A DNA stretch of 64,000 nt from Obrimoposthia wandeli. Lineage: Eukaryota. A program made the translations under genes and the position numbers. Shown here piece by piece: positions 1 through 7,441 of this stretch. Location of the stretch: the NCBI GenBank assembly GCA_977020255.1, contig CDROCS010004896.1, positions 1 to 64,000 of the forward strand. Reading direction: 5' to 3'. How positions within the stretch are numbered: position 1 is the first letter of the stretch; each line of letters opens with the position of its first letter. The notes beneath the pieces are model-generated. The model was given only the letters and a program-made list of their open reading frames with translations, was not told the origin of the DNA and did no database searches.

Positions 1-897
1 GGGGTTACGTATTGTTGCAATGGCTGGCTGGAAAAAAGTGGTTGATGCCGTACATGCTAAAGGCGGCAAAATTGCGCCTCAGTTATGGCATGTAGGTTCA
101 GTGCGTAAAGAAGGCGCCGATCCAGATCCTTCTGTGCCGGGTTATAGCCCTTCTGGTTTATTTATGCCGGGTAAGAAAAACGGTATTGCGATGTCTCAGC
201 AAGATATCGATGACGTAGTTGAAGCGTTTGCACAAGCGGCAGCCGACGCAAAAGAAGTTGGCTTTGATGCCGTTGAGATTCATGGTGCGCACGGTTATTT
301 AATCGACCAGTTCTTCTGGGAAGGTACTAATACACGCGATGATAGCTATGGTGGTGACTTGGTTGCCCGTACTAAATTTGCCGTTGAATGCCCAGTTATT
401 TTGTGTTTCGTGTGCCGCTACTAATCATTTTCCGTTTTTCACAATGGAAGCAGCAAGATTATGATGCACGTTTAGTACAAACGCCTGAAGAGTTAAAAGC
501 CTTCTTAACGCCTCTAGTCGATGCCGGTGTCGATATTTTCCATTGCAGCACACGTCGCTATTGGGAAAAAGAATTTGAGAACGCTCCTGTTGATGGTGAT
601 TTAAACCTAGCAGGCTGGACTAAAAAGTTAACGGGCAAGCCTGTGATCACAGTGGGTAGCGTTGGTTTAAATACTAGCTTTGTAGGTGCTGAACACGGTA
701 TGGAAATGTCTGCTCAAGCGGGTATTGAAACCAGTTCTATTACTCAGCTTGCTGAACGTGTTGCAAAAAATGAATTTGATTTAGTCGCTGTGGGCCGTGC
801 TTTAATTCAAGACCCTGAGTGGGTAATTAAAGTACGTGAAAATCGCTTGGAAGAATTGCAGGATTATTCGAAAGAGAGTTTGATGCAGTTGGTTTAA
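1..897 (+). pseudogene. NADH:flavin oxidoreductase (Old Yellow Enzyme family); 5' end outside window; frame broken at 389-423
   Basis: ORF 20-424 has QLWHVG and EIHGAHGYLIDQF; ORF 388-897 continues with FRFSQWK, GKPVITVGSVG and DLVAVGRAL. A 35-nt segment joins the two halves out of frame. True pseudogene vs sequencing error is unresolved. Confidence 0.8.
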
Positions 898-924
898 TAC
901 ATCTGAATATTTAAGTCTCTCGTA

Positions 925-952
925 GCACTACAGGCAGAGATGCCAGTAGTGC
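925..952. repeat. hairpin GCACTACAGGCA-GAGA-TGCCAGTAGTGC (REP-like or terminator stem)
   Basis: 11/12-bp inverted repeat with a GNRA loop, 28 bp after the OYE stop; no U-tract. Confidence 0.4.
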
Positions 953-1062
953 ATGCCGATTAAAACCAAGACACTTAATATTTCATGCTTAGATGGATGG
1001 CAATGATAATAAATTTTCATTATGTGGCCAATCACACAAGCAGAGAACATTAAGTATTGTTC

Positions 1063-1157
1063 ACATAACTCTTAGCATTTACGACGGCTTTGTAGCGTGG
1101 TACGAACGGAAAAGAGAGCTCTTTTTGGCCGGAACGCATTTCAGCGTATTGTTAAAT
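1063..1157 (-). mobile_element. attC site (95 bp), L' box degenerate
   Basis: Minus strand ATTTAAC-AATAC-GCTGAAAT...TAAATGC-TAAGA-GTTATGT. R'' ATTTAAC is exactly complementary to this cassette's core GTTAAAT at 1823-1817. Confidence 0.8.
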
Positions 1158-1159
1158 CA

Positions 1160-1792
1160 CTACTCAATTATTTCTAATTTAAATTTTGAAATATCTGATG
1201 CATCATCATTTCCGTGAAAGTCTAGAAGTTCATCAGAGATTAATGAAGTATCTTGCATTTGTGTATACACCCCATACTCAGGTAGATAGTCCATAGAATC
1301 CGCCGTAGGAGTATCTTTATAGACATTAATATTAACCTGAGTTGTTAACGAAATAATTTTAAGATCATCATGCAAGCTTCTATCCACTATAAAAGTAAGA
1401 GTATTATCATCGACTTCATAATCTATAACCCCTTTTATATAAAGAGTATCTTCGTCTTCATACTGAAGTAATCTTGCTTCTAATTTTGAGAACTCGATAT
1501 CCCTCTCAACTTCACCTGCTTGCTTATCCTCACTTATTCTGAAGACAATATCTTTCTCCCCAATGATACTGTCACCGTTAATGTCAAAAGTTACTGACCA
1601 ATCATACTCTTTGCGTCCACTTTCAGTTTCTGAATGATCGATGGTAAGTACTTTTGGTATGTCTTTAACAAAAATTGATGCCCTTATTGTATTTTCGGAA
1701 AAAGAAGAACCTGTATCATTTTCTTTGTTACTCTCGCCATTACAAGCCATCAACAACATACAATTTATTGCCAACAAAATATTCTTATTCAT
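1160..1792 (-). CDS. cassette-encoded lipoprotein, 210 aa, unknown function
   Basis: Intact ORF; signal peptide with lipobox LMAC; stop 3 bp before attC R''. Confidence 0.8.
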   Translation of the reverse strand: MNKNILLAINCMLLMACNGESNKENDTGSSFSENTIRASIFVKDIPKVLTIDHSETESGRKEYDWSVTFDINGDSIIGEKDIVFRISEDKQAGEVERDIEFSKLEARLLQYEDEDTLYIKGVIDYEVDDNTLTFIVDRSLHDDLKIISLTTQVNINVYKDTPTADSMDYLPEYGVYTQMQDTSLISDELLDFHGNDDASDISKFKLEIIE

Positions 1793-1816
1793 ATGATTTC
1801 CTTATCTAATTTTAGG

Positions 1817-1884
1817 ATTTAACGTCCAGCAGCGGCGGCGAAGCCGTCCAGCCCGCAGGGCGATGCTGCCTTTGTTTGTTATGT
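1817..1884 (-). mobile_element. attC site (68 bp)
   Basis: ACATAAC-AAACA-AAGGCAGC...GCTGCT-GGAC-GTTAAAT; L'' AGGCAGC pairs with L' GCTGCT leaving one extrahelical G. Confidence 0.9.
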
Positions 1885-1912
1885 AGCTGTTACTAAATAT
1901 AAACTATGTTGG

Positions 1913-2344
1913 TTATTTATTTTTTGATTTAACCACTCGGGTTTTTAGTTTGTAGTTAGTAATCATCGAAATTGAGTCGGAGTCAGCATATATAATCCCA
2001 CTTGAGTAGTTTACATCCTCATCTGGATTTAAGTCCCAACTTCCTTGAGTGCATCCTACAAGCTTACCGTTTTTATCATGAAATGAAATTGAATATATTG
2101 CCTTTACTTTCTGATTTGATGTATTGTCAATTCTTGCATTTGCGTTAACAATTGTTTCACCAAAAAAGTCATCATCTTCCTGAATATTAATTACAAACCT
2201 TATCTTATCACCAACTCTTACCTTCACCTTTTTTTCATTTTCAAAAATAATAGATTTTTCCTGGTAGCTTTCCTCTAGAGCAGCGACTGAGATGCCTGGA
2301 ATCAACAGTAATGTAATAAAAAAATACGTAATACTTTTCTTCAT
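1913..2344 (-). CDS. cassette-encoded exported protein, 143 aa (possibly FxLYD-like beta-sandwich)
   Basis: Intact ORF with signal peptide. SISFHDKNGKLVG resembles the FxLYD motif (weak inference). Confidence 0.7.
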   Translation of the reverse strand: MKKSITYFFITLLLIPGISVAALEESYQEKSIIFENEKKVKVRVGDKIRFVINIQEDDDFFGETIVNANARIDNTSNQKVKAIYSISFHDKNGKLVGCTQGSWDLNPDEDVNYSSGIIYADSDSISMITNYKLKTRVVKSKNK

Positions 2345-2393
2345 AATAAGACCCTTTAATACTTAAATTTAGGATGATCGGTTGATACCAATA

Positions 2394-2469
2394 CATTAAC
2401 GCCTGCCAGCAAAGGCGAGTGAAACGAGTCCAGCCAGCTTGCTGGCAATTTTGGCTGGCTTTGTTATGT
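2394..2469 (-). mobile_element. attC site (76 bp)
   Basis: ACATAAC-AAAGC-CAGCCAAA...TTTGCTG-GCAGGC-GTTAATG; L boxes pair with one extrahelical C. Confidence 0.9.
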
Positions 2470-2843
2470 AGTTAGCTTCGAGAGTAATAACCCTTAAACC
2501 AAAGCAAGTCGCAGGAAGTGCAGTGATATAAAACAGGTTGTCCATCTACCCTTAAATTCAACTGGTTCTTCAATTAATTTCTTACAGTCTTTGCATTGAA
2601 AAATCATTATCAAGAAAAGAAACATGAGTTCGTATATGTTTTTCTATGTTTCTTTCCATCTCTTTGTTTCATTAAGAAAATAAAGAATAGAAGTAAACAA
2701 AAGCAAAATGATCGTTCCAAAGTACATTTTCATCAACTGTGAAGAGAACTACTGAAAATGATCCCATTATGATTAAAAAGTAACATCGTAACAAAACTTG
2801 TACTTGTCCCTTCTAATTGTGCATTTTTAACTTTAAGAGCCAT
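2470..2843 (-). pseudogene. frameshifted cassette ORF (starts MALKVKNAQLEG; later fragment contains CKDC)
   Basis: ATG ~13 nt after the core GTTATGT; frame stops after 36 codons while other frames carry coding-like fragments up to the attC. Confidence 0.5.
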
Positions 2844-2855
2844 TTAACCCTACTC

Positions 2856-2954
2856 ACATAACGCCTCACTAAGAGGCAAAAAATAGTTGGTTAAAATAAG
2901 CGACGCAGGAGCAAAAACCAACTGTTATTTGTCCTTTTAAGTGACTTGTTAGCA
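2856..2954 (-). mobile_element. attC site (99 bp)
   Basis: TGCTAAC-AAGTC-ACTTAAAAGG...CCTCTTAGT-GAGGC-GTTATGT with internal AGTTGGTT/AACCAACT pairing; R' GTTATGT is complementary to the next cassette's R'' ACATAAC. Confidence 0.9.
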
Positions 2955-2959
2955 TGCCC

Positions 2960-3593
2960 TTACAAATCCAACGTACTAAATTCATTATTGTTATTCATTA
3001 AATAGGTTATTGGAATACCATACTTGGTAGATATTTGACGAAAAACACTATCATATTTAAGGTCTCATTCCGCAAATTATTCGTGTTGGAACAGCGGAAA
3101 TATATTCATCTTTAGAAAACTCATTCTGGAATAGCCTATATTCATTTTCATACTTCCAGCAACTAGATTTACCATTTAAAATCCCAAGATCCTGTGGTTG
3201 TAGTCATCTAGTATCTGTTTTGTCTGTTCTATAGAAATTACGGTGGACAACCATACTGGATTTCCCTGATATCGAATTCTTCTGGAGATAAGTCATACTC
3301 AAAACACACGCCTGAATAGCCACCAGCATAATGTGCCCATAAAAGTTCATTTTTAAAACAACGGGTAAAGCTGATGGTTCTTTTTGAAGCAATTAGAAAA
3401 AAATAGTTCCTCTTTAATATCTAAAGAGTTTTTCACCCTAAAAGTTCTACTTTGATTCCGTGCTACTCCAACTGCCTTCAAGAGGGTCATTTAATGATTT
3501 ACAAGGAGGAAGGAATATACGTTGATTTACAATCATATCTAACGAGTGTAAAAAACCGTCACCCTCTAAAGATTTAAACTTATAAAGTTTCAT
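2960..3593 (-). pseudogene. DUF2971-type protein, broken by several frameshifts
   Basis: Stitched fragments: MKLYKFKSL...SLNDPLEG / ISFTRCFKNELLWAHYAGGYSGVCFEYD / KSSCWKYENEYR, matching the LYKY-NDPFE, LMWAHYA and KxxxWxYExExR motifs. Confidence 0.75.
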
Positions 3594-3624
3594 AGACTTC
3601 CCTGTGAATCCACCATGGCATGTT

Positions 3625-3716
3625 GTTTTTGTTGTGGGGCGGTGAAACGTAGCGAGGAACGAGTGAAGTTTAACCGTCCCAGCACCGTAGGTGCGAACAC
3701 CAACTCATTGTTAGCT
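3625..3716 (-). mobile_element. attC site with R' core missing
   Basis: AGCTAAC-AATGA-GTTGGTG...CACAAC (L boxes pair, extrahelical G), then AAAAAC-AACATG where GTTRRRY is expected. Confidence 0.75.
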
Positions 3717-4214
3717 TTAATGCCACTTAATATTTTTAATTGCATTGGAAATCACTTTTGAAGTTTCTTTATGTCTCAATTCACCTTCGAGTGTAACCAA
3801 AAGAGCAACCTTTAGACCGACAGCACCATACAAATTATAAAACTGTGAAGCATCTTGCTTCAGTCTCAATATGCCAAATAGGGCTTCCTGATAATGTCTT
3901 TAGCTAAAGGCAAAGTAAATCTTTAAATCTGGCTCTCTACTAGCTTGAATCATCGTTGCGGAGATATTCTCTCCAAATTCATCACGAATATGTTGCAGAT
4001 CGGCTTCGCTGCCTTTACCAGTTATTCTATAAGATGAAACTATAAGGTATTCGTTATTCGGACCAATTAATTTTGCTTGGCTAGATAATTCCTCAACCTT
4101 CCAAGTAGATGGAAGCTCAAGTAAAAAGCTATCGGTTTCTACTCTGACAGGCTCTGCAATAGCACCTTGGCTGAAATTCCAAATGGTTAAAGCTACCAGT
4201 GATATTAATTTCAT
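3717..4214 (-). pseudogene. exported cassette protein (possibly PsbP/DcrB-like), frameshifted near 3900 and 3850
   Basis: Signal peptide, FLLELPSTWKVE. Downstream frames continue (KTLSGSPIWHIETEA / YNLYGAVGLKVALLVTLEG...IKNIKWH) to a TAA abutting attC R''. Confidence 0.65.
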
Positions 4215-4225
4215 AAGCTTTCAGC

Positions 4226-4297
4226 AGTTAACGCTTTTAGCACAGGCGTTGTTTTTGCGCGTCCAGCCGAAGGCGATTGTGCCTAAACTTGTTATGT
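4226..4297 (-). mobile_element. attC site (72 bp)
   Basis: ACATAAC-AAGTT-TAGGCACA...TGTGCTA-AAAGC-GTTAACT; extrahelical G in L''. Confidence 0.92.
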
Positions 4298-4696
4298 GTG
4301 ACTTCCAAACCGAAGCTCTCCAATCTAATATATATGTACTGTACTAAACCACCTGTCAATTCAAAAAGAATCTCCAGTTTTTGGAGGAAATAATATTCCC
4401 ATGAATTCTTTCTTTGAACCATCTGCTCCTCATAATGGCTGATGGTGCTGACTCTACGATCAACCCACTAATTTTATTTGCACCAATAAATTTAATGTGA
4501 AGTTTTACGATAGCAAGCATATTCGCTTCATTAGGCTTTGTGTAATGTTCAGACTCGTACAAATACTTTGCACAGTACAAGTAGTCATACTAAAGGTATA
4601 GAATACCACTGGACGTTTATCCAGATTTTCATGAACGAAGGAATCATTTAGGTCTATACTCCTTCGGAATAATTTAATTTGAGTTAAACTATTCAT
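4294..4696 (-). pseudogene. first cassette ORF, split over three frames, unknown function
   Basis: ATG 4 nt after GTTATAT (4707-4701); track ORFs 4505-4696, 4356-4580 and 4237-4422 tile the interval in different frames. Confidence 0.55.
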
Positions 4697-4700
4697 TTAC

Positions 4701-4860
4701 ATATAACATTTTAATCATGCGCATGCGCGTTTGCACGGAAGGCTCTTTTAGAAACTTCACGGCAACTGATTGATTTAACTCGGTAATTTTCAAAGTCCAT
4801 TTCCAAGCTCCAGAAATACGCGCATGCGCGTTTGCACAAATAACGAGGGTCTCGTTATGT
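4701..4860 (-). other. array-leading recombination site: attI-like or atypical long attC
   Basis: Ends in ...ATGATTAAAAT-GTTATAT, which supplies the first cassette's core. Two exact 18-bp direct repeats GCGCATGCGCGTTTGCAC (4719-4736, 4820-4837), an 8-bp hairpin (4840-4858), and ACATAAC at 4860-4854. Confidence 0.6.
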
Positions 4861-5280
4861 CAGCGCATATATTGGTAACCCATTAATTTTGCATGACTTT
4901 TAAAATTTCTGCCAGTGCAAACGCGCAAGTTTAAGTTTATTTCCGTGCAAATGAGCACGAACATACTCTTTTCAATAAAATCATCTGTATAGATACACAT
5001 ACTTTAAAAATGCACGTTGAACCTAAATGCAAACCCCTATTAACTATAATAAGAGCGGTACATTATTAACCGCTGTATGCACTCTAAAGGCCGATTGATT
5101 TTATTGATCAGCTCTACAATAGACTTCTAGTGCACTTAACAGATGCTCTAACGATGATCTAAACATTCTTGATACACAGTCCATTAGCGGGTACTGGATA
5201 ATTATCGCTACTGGTTAGTAGCGCTGCTATTACATCATCTCCATACCCCCTCATATTTCAGCGGGGGATATTGGTATGCT

Positions 5281-6561
5281 CTATTTTCGCTTACACATAG
5301 GCGTGCCTTCACGCTCTGCTTTAATCGCTTTTTCTTCATCGATCACGTTCTGAGGGAACTGACGCATAAAACAACAACAGACATTATCGTTGATCATTGT
5401 GCGCGGTCCAAATGGATGTGCGATGTGTTTATACGGCGCATGATGATGGCCGTGTTCTTCAGCATGCGAATGTGCCTTCTCTTTAGAATCTTCATGAGTA
5501 TGGCTATGCGAATGTCCATGACTATCTGAATGAGTGTGGCTGTCTGAGTGACTATGCGACTCACCATGAGTGTGTTCATGCTCACCTTCATGAGAATGCT
5601 GATGCCCTGCTTCGCTGGTTTCGTCAGGCTGAAATTCTGCATGGTGATGATGCACATCCACTTCGCCCGCGGCCAAGCGACGCTGGAAGTCTTCCATTAA
5701 ACCCATTTCATTACCTTGTCTTGGCTGAGCAATTTCTGCGATGCGCGTAATGAAGGTATTTAATACATGAGATTGATCACGTAAATAATCGGCTTTGATA
5801 AATTCTACGTCAGGGTTTTCGGCTGCGACTTTATCCACATACGCATAGATGCGATCGATTAAGCGGCCACCAAATAAGAAGTAAGGCGCTACTACTATTT
5901 TCTTGAAGCCTAGCTTCAAGGCCATTTCTAAACCACGACCAACGCTTGGGTAAGTCACACCAGAATAAACGGTTTCTGACCAACCAAAGCCTAGGTTTTC
6001 ACTGATAATTCGGGTTAGCTTAGCGGCATCTGCGTTCGCGTCTACCACTGAAGTTCCACGGCCGACAACCACCAGCATGGTATCGTATAACTCACCCGCT
6101 GCAGGGACACCATCATTTTCATCAGAAGAATAACCTAACGATTCAGAAACTCTATGCTGAAAAGCACTAATCATTTCATCGTGTAAGCCCAGTTCTTTAC
6201 CATAGGCGATGGTCAGTTCTGGATACGTTTCTTTGTAGGTTGTTAATACCGATGGGATATCATTTTTTGCATGGGTCGCGGCAAATAACATACCTGGCAC
6301 TGCAAAGATATTTTTCACGCCTTGCTCGCGTAAACGATCAAGTGCCATGTGAATATTCGGTGAAGAATACTCTAGGAATCCGTATTCAATTTTTAGCGTA
6401 GGAAAACGCGCACGTAAACCTTTTGCTAATAAGCTGAATTCTTCTTCAGCAATTTTTGCGCGACTGCCGTGGCCACAGATAATAATACCGCTATTCTCTG
6501 GCAATACGCTTGGCAGATTATTCACGACGTCATCTAAGCTATTCATTATTTCATGGGTCAT
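5281..6561 (-). CDS. cbiX: sirohydrochlorin cobaltochelatase CbiX, long form with His-rich and Cys-containing tail
   Basis: ICGHGSR and AATHAKNDIP in the first domain, VVGRGTS in the second, His-rich C-terminal region; located in a cob operon. Confidence 0.88.
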   Translation of the reverse strand: MTHEIMNSLDDVVNNLPSVLPENSGIIICGHGSRAKIAEEEFSLLAKGLRARFPTLKIEYGFLEYSSPNIHMALDRLREQGVKNIFAVPGMLFAATHAKNDIPSVLTTYKETYPELTIAYGKELGLHDEMISAFQHRVSESLGYSSDENDGVPAAGELYDTMLVVVGRGTSVVDANADAAKLTRIISENLGFGWSETVYSGVTYPSVGRGLEMALKLGFKKIVVAPYFLFGGRLIDRIYAYVDKVAAENPDVEFIKADYLRDQSHVLNTFITRIAEIAQPRQGNEMGLMEDFQRRLAAGEVDVHHHHAEFQPDETSEAGHQHSHEGEHEHTHGESHSHSDSHTHSDSHGHSHSHTHEDSKEKAHSHAEEHGHHHAPYKHIAHPFGPRTMINDNVCCCFMRQFPQNVIDEEKAIKAEREGTPMCKRK

Positions 6562-6613
6562 TTTAAAATGTTTCCATAATTGAATTTGTATTTTTTATAG
6601 TCATCAATACTAA

Positions 6614-7429
6614 TTATATTTTTAACGTAGGATGCGCTTGTGCATCTTCAACGCTTCTTGGTTTTTTCGGTTTTACTTTTGGACGAAATACATGCGCTTG
6701 CTTTTCATCGTATAAATACGAATCATCAAAGTCGCCGTCGCCTAAAACATGGCCAACTAAGATAAGGGATGTACGAGTGAATTTTTTCTCACGTACTTTG
6801 GCAACGATATCTTTTAACGTGCCAATCACTTTATCTTGATCTTCCCACGAGGTGCGATAGCACACTGCGATTGGGCAGTCTTCGCCATAGTGTGGAATAA
6901 GCTCTTCAACAATTTTATGAATACGGGTTACGCCAAGGTGAATTGCTAGCGTCGCACCCGTCGCGGCTAATGCTGGTAAACGTTCACGTTCTGGGAACGG
7001 AGTTTTACCTTCATAGCGGGTCATGATAATGGTTTGAGAAACACCCGATAGGGTTAGCTCTTTACCCAACCAAGCAGCCGAGGCTGATGTTGCTGTAACA
7101 CCAGGAATGATTTCGAAATCGATACCGAGTTCATTCAAGCGACGAATCTGTTCACCGATAGCGCCGTATAAAGAAGGATCGCCACTGTGAACGCGAGCAA
7201 CATCTTTGCCTTCTTTATGAGCGATTTTCATGTGCTCAATAATTTCATCGAGATCGATAGAAGCGGTATCAATAATTTGCTCGGCGCTATCTTCTACATC
7301 GGCCAATACGGCACGAGGCACTAATGAGCCTGCATATAAAATAATTGGGCAAGCATTAATCAAACGCTGCGCTTTGATGGTGATTAATTCTGGATCGCCA
7401 GGACCTGCACCAATAAAATAAACTTTCAT
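6614..7429 (-). CDS. cobM: (cobalt-)precorrin-4 C11-methyltransferase CobM/CbiF
   Basis: VYFIGAGPGDPELIT, YAGSLV, RVHSGDPSLYGAIGEQ. Confidence 0.93.
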   Translation of the reverse strand: MKVYFIGAGPGDPELITIKAQRLINACPIILYAGSLVPRAVLADVEDSAEQIIDTASIDLDEIIEHMKIAHKEGKDVARVHSGDPSLYGAIGEQIRRLNELGIDFEIIPGVTATSASAAWLGKELTLSGVSQTIIMTRYEGKTPFPERERLPALAATGATLAIHLGVTRIHKIVEELIPHYGEDCPIAVCYRTSWEDQDKVIGTLKDIVAKVREKKFTRTSLILVGHVLGDGDFDDSYLYDEKQAHVFRPKVKPKKPRSVEDAQAHPTLKI

Positions 7430-7441
7430 GACATTAGCCCT

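Larger units (their letters stand above)
1063..4860 (-). mobile_element. integron gene-cassette array without integrase in the window (CALIN-like), six cassettes
   Basis: Single minus-strand ORFs are each followed by an attC-type imperfect palindrome (..TAAC ... GTT..), and cassette core sites are complementary to their own R'' boxes. No tyrosine recombinase ORF between 897 and 5281. Confidence 0.9.

Noticed and set aside
389-423. Programmed frameshift in the OYE gene
   Set aside because: No slippery heptamer or stimulatory structure, and the segment is shorter than and unlike the expected helix; mutation or error is more likely.
993-1217. 74-aa plus-strand ORF
   Set aside because: Runs antisense across an attC site and the lipoprotein 3' end; no motifs.
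3204-3392. 62-aa ORF as a real gene
   Set aside because: Out-of-frame shadow of the DUF2971-type sequence.
4237-4422. 61-aa ORF as an independent gene
   Set aside because: Fragment of the frameshifted first cassette that reads through the attC.
4701-4730. dif/Xer-like site (TGCGCAT...ATGTTATAT on the minus strand)
   Set aside because: In dif the TGCGCAT and ATGTTA motifs start 17 nt apart; here they are 14 or 20 nt apart, and the XerD arm is imperfect.
4719-4837. CRISPR array from the 18-bp direct repeats
   Set aside because: Only two copies, an 83-bp gap, repeats too short, no cas genes.
5000-5280. Integrase gene or remnant
   Set aside because: No ORF of 60 aa or more and no recognisable tyrosine-recombinase motifs in manual translation.
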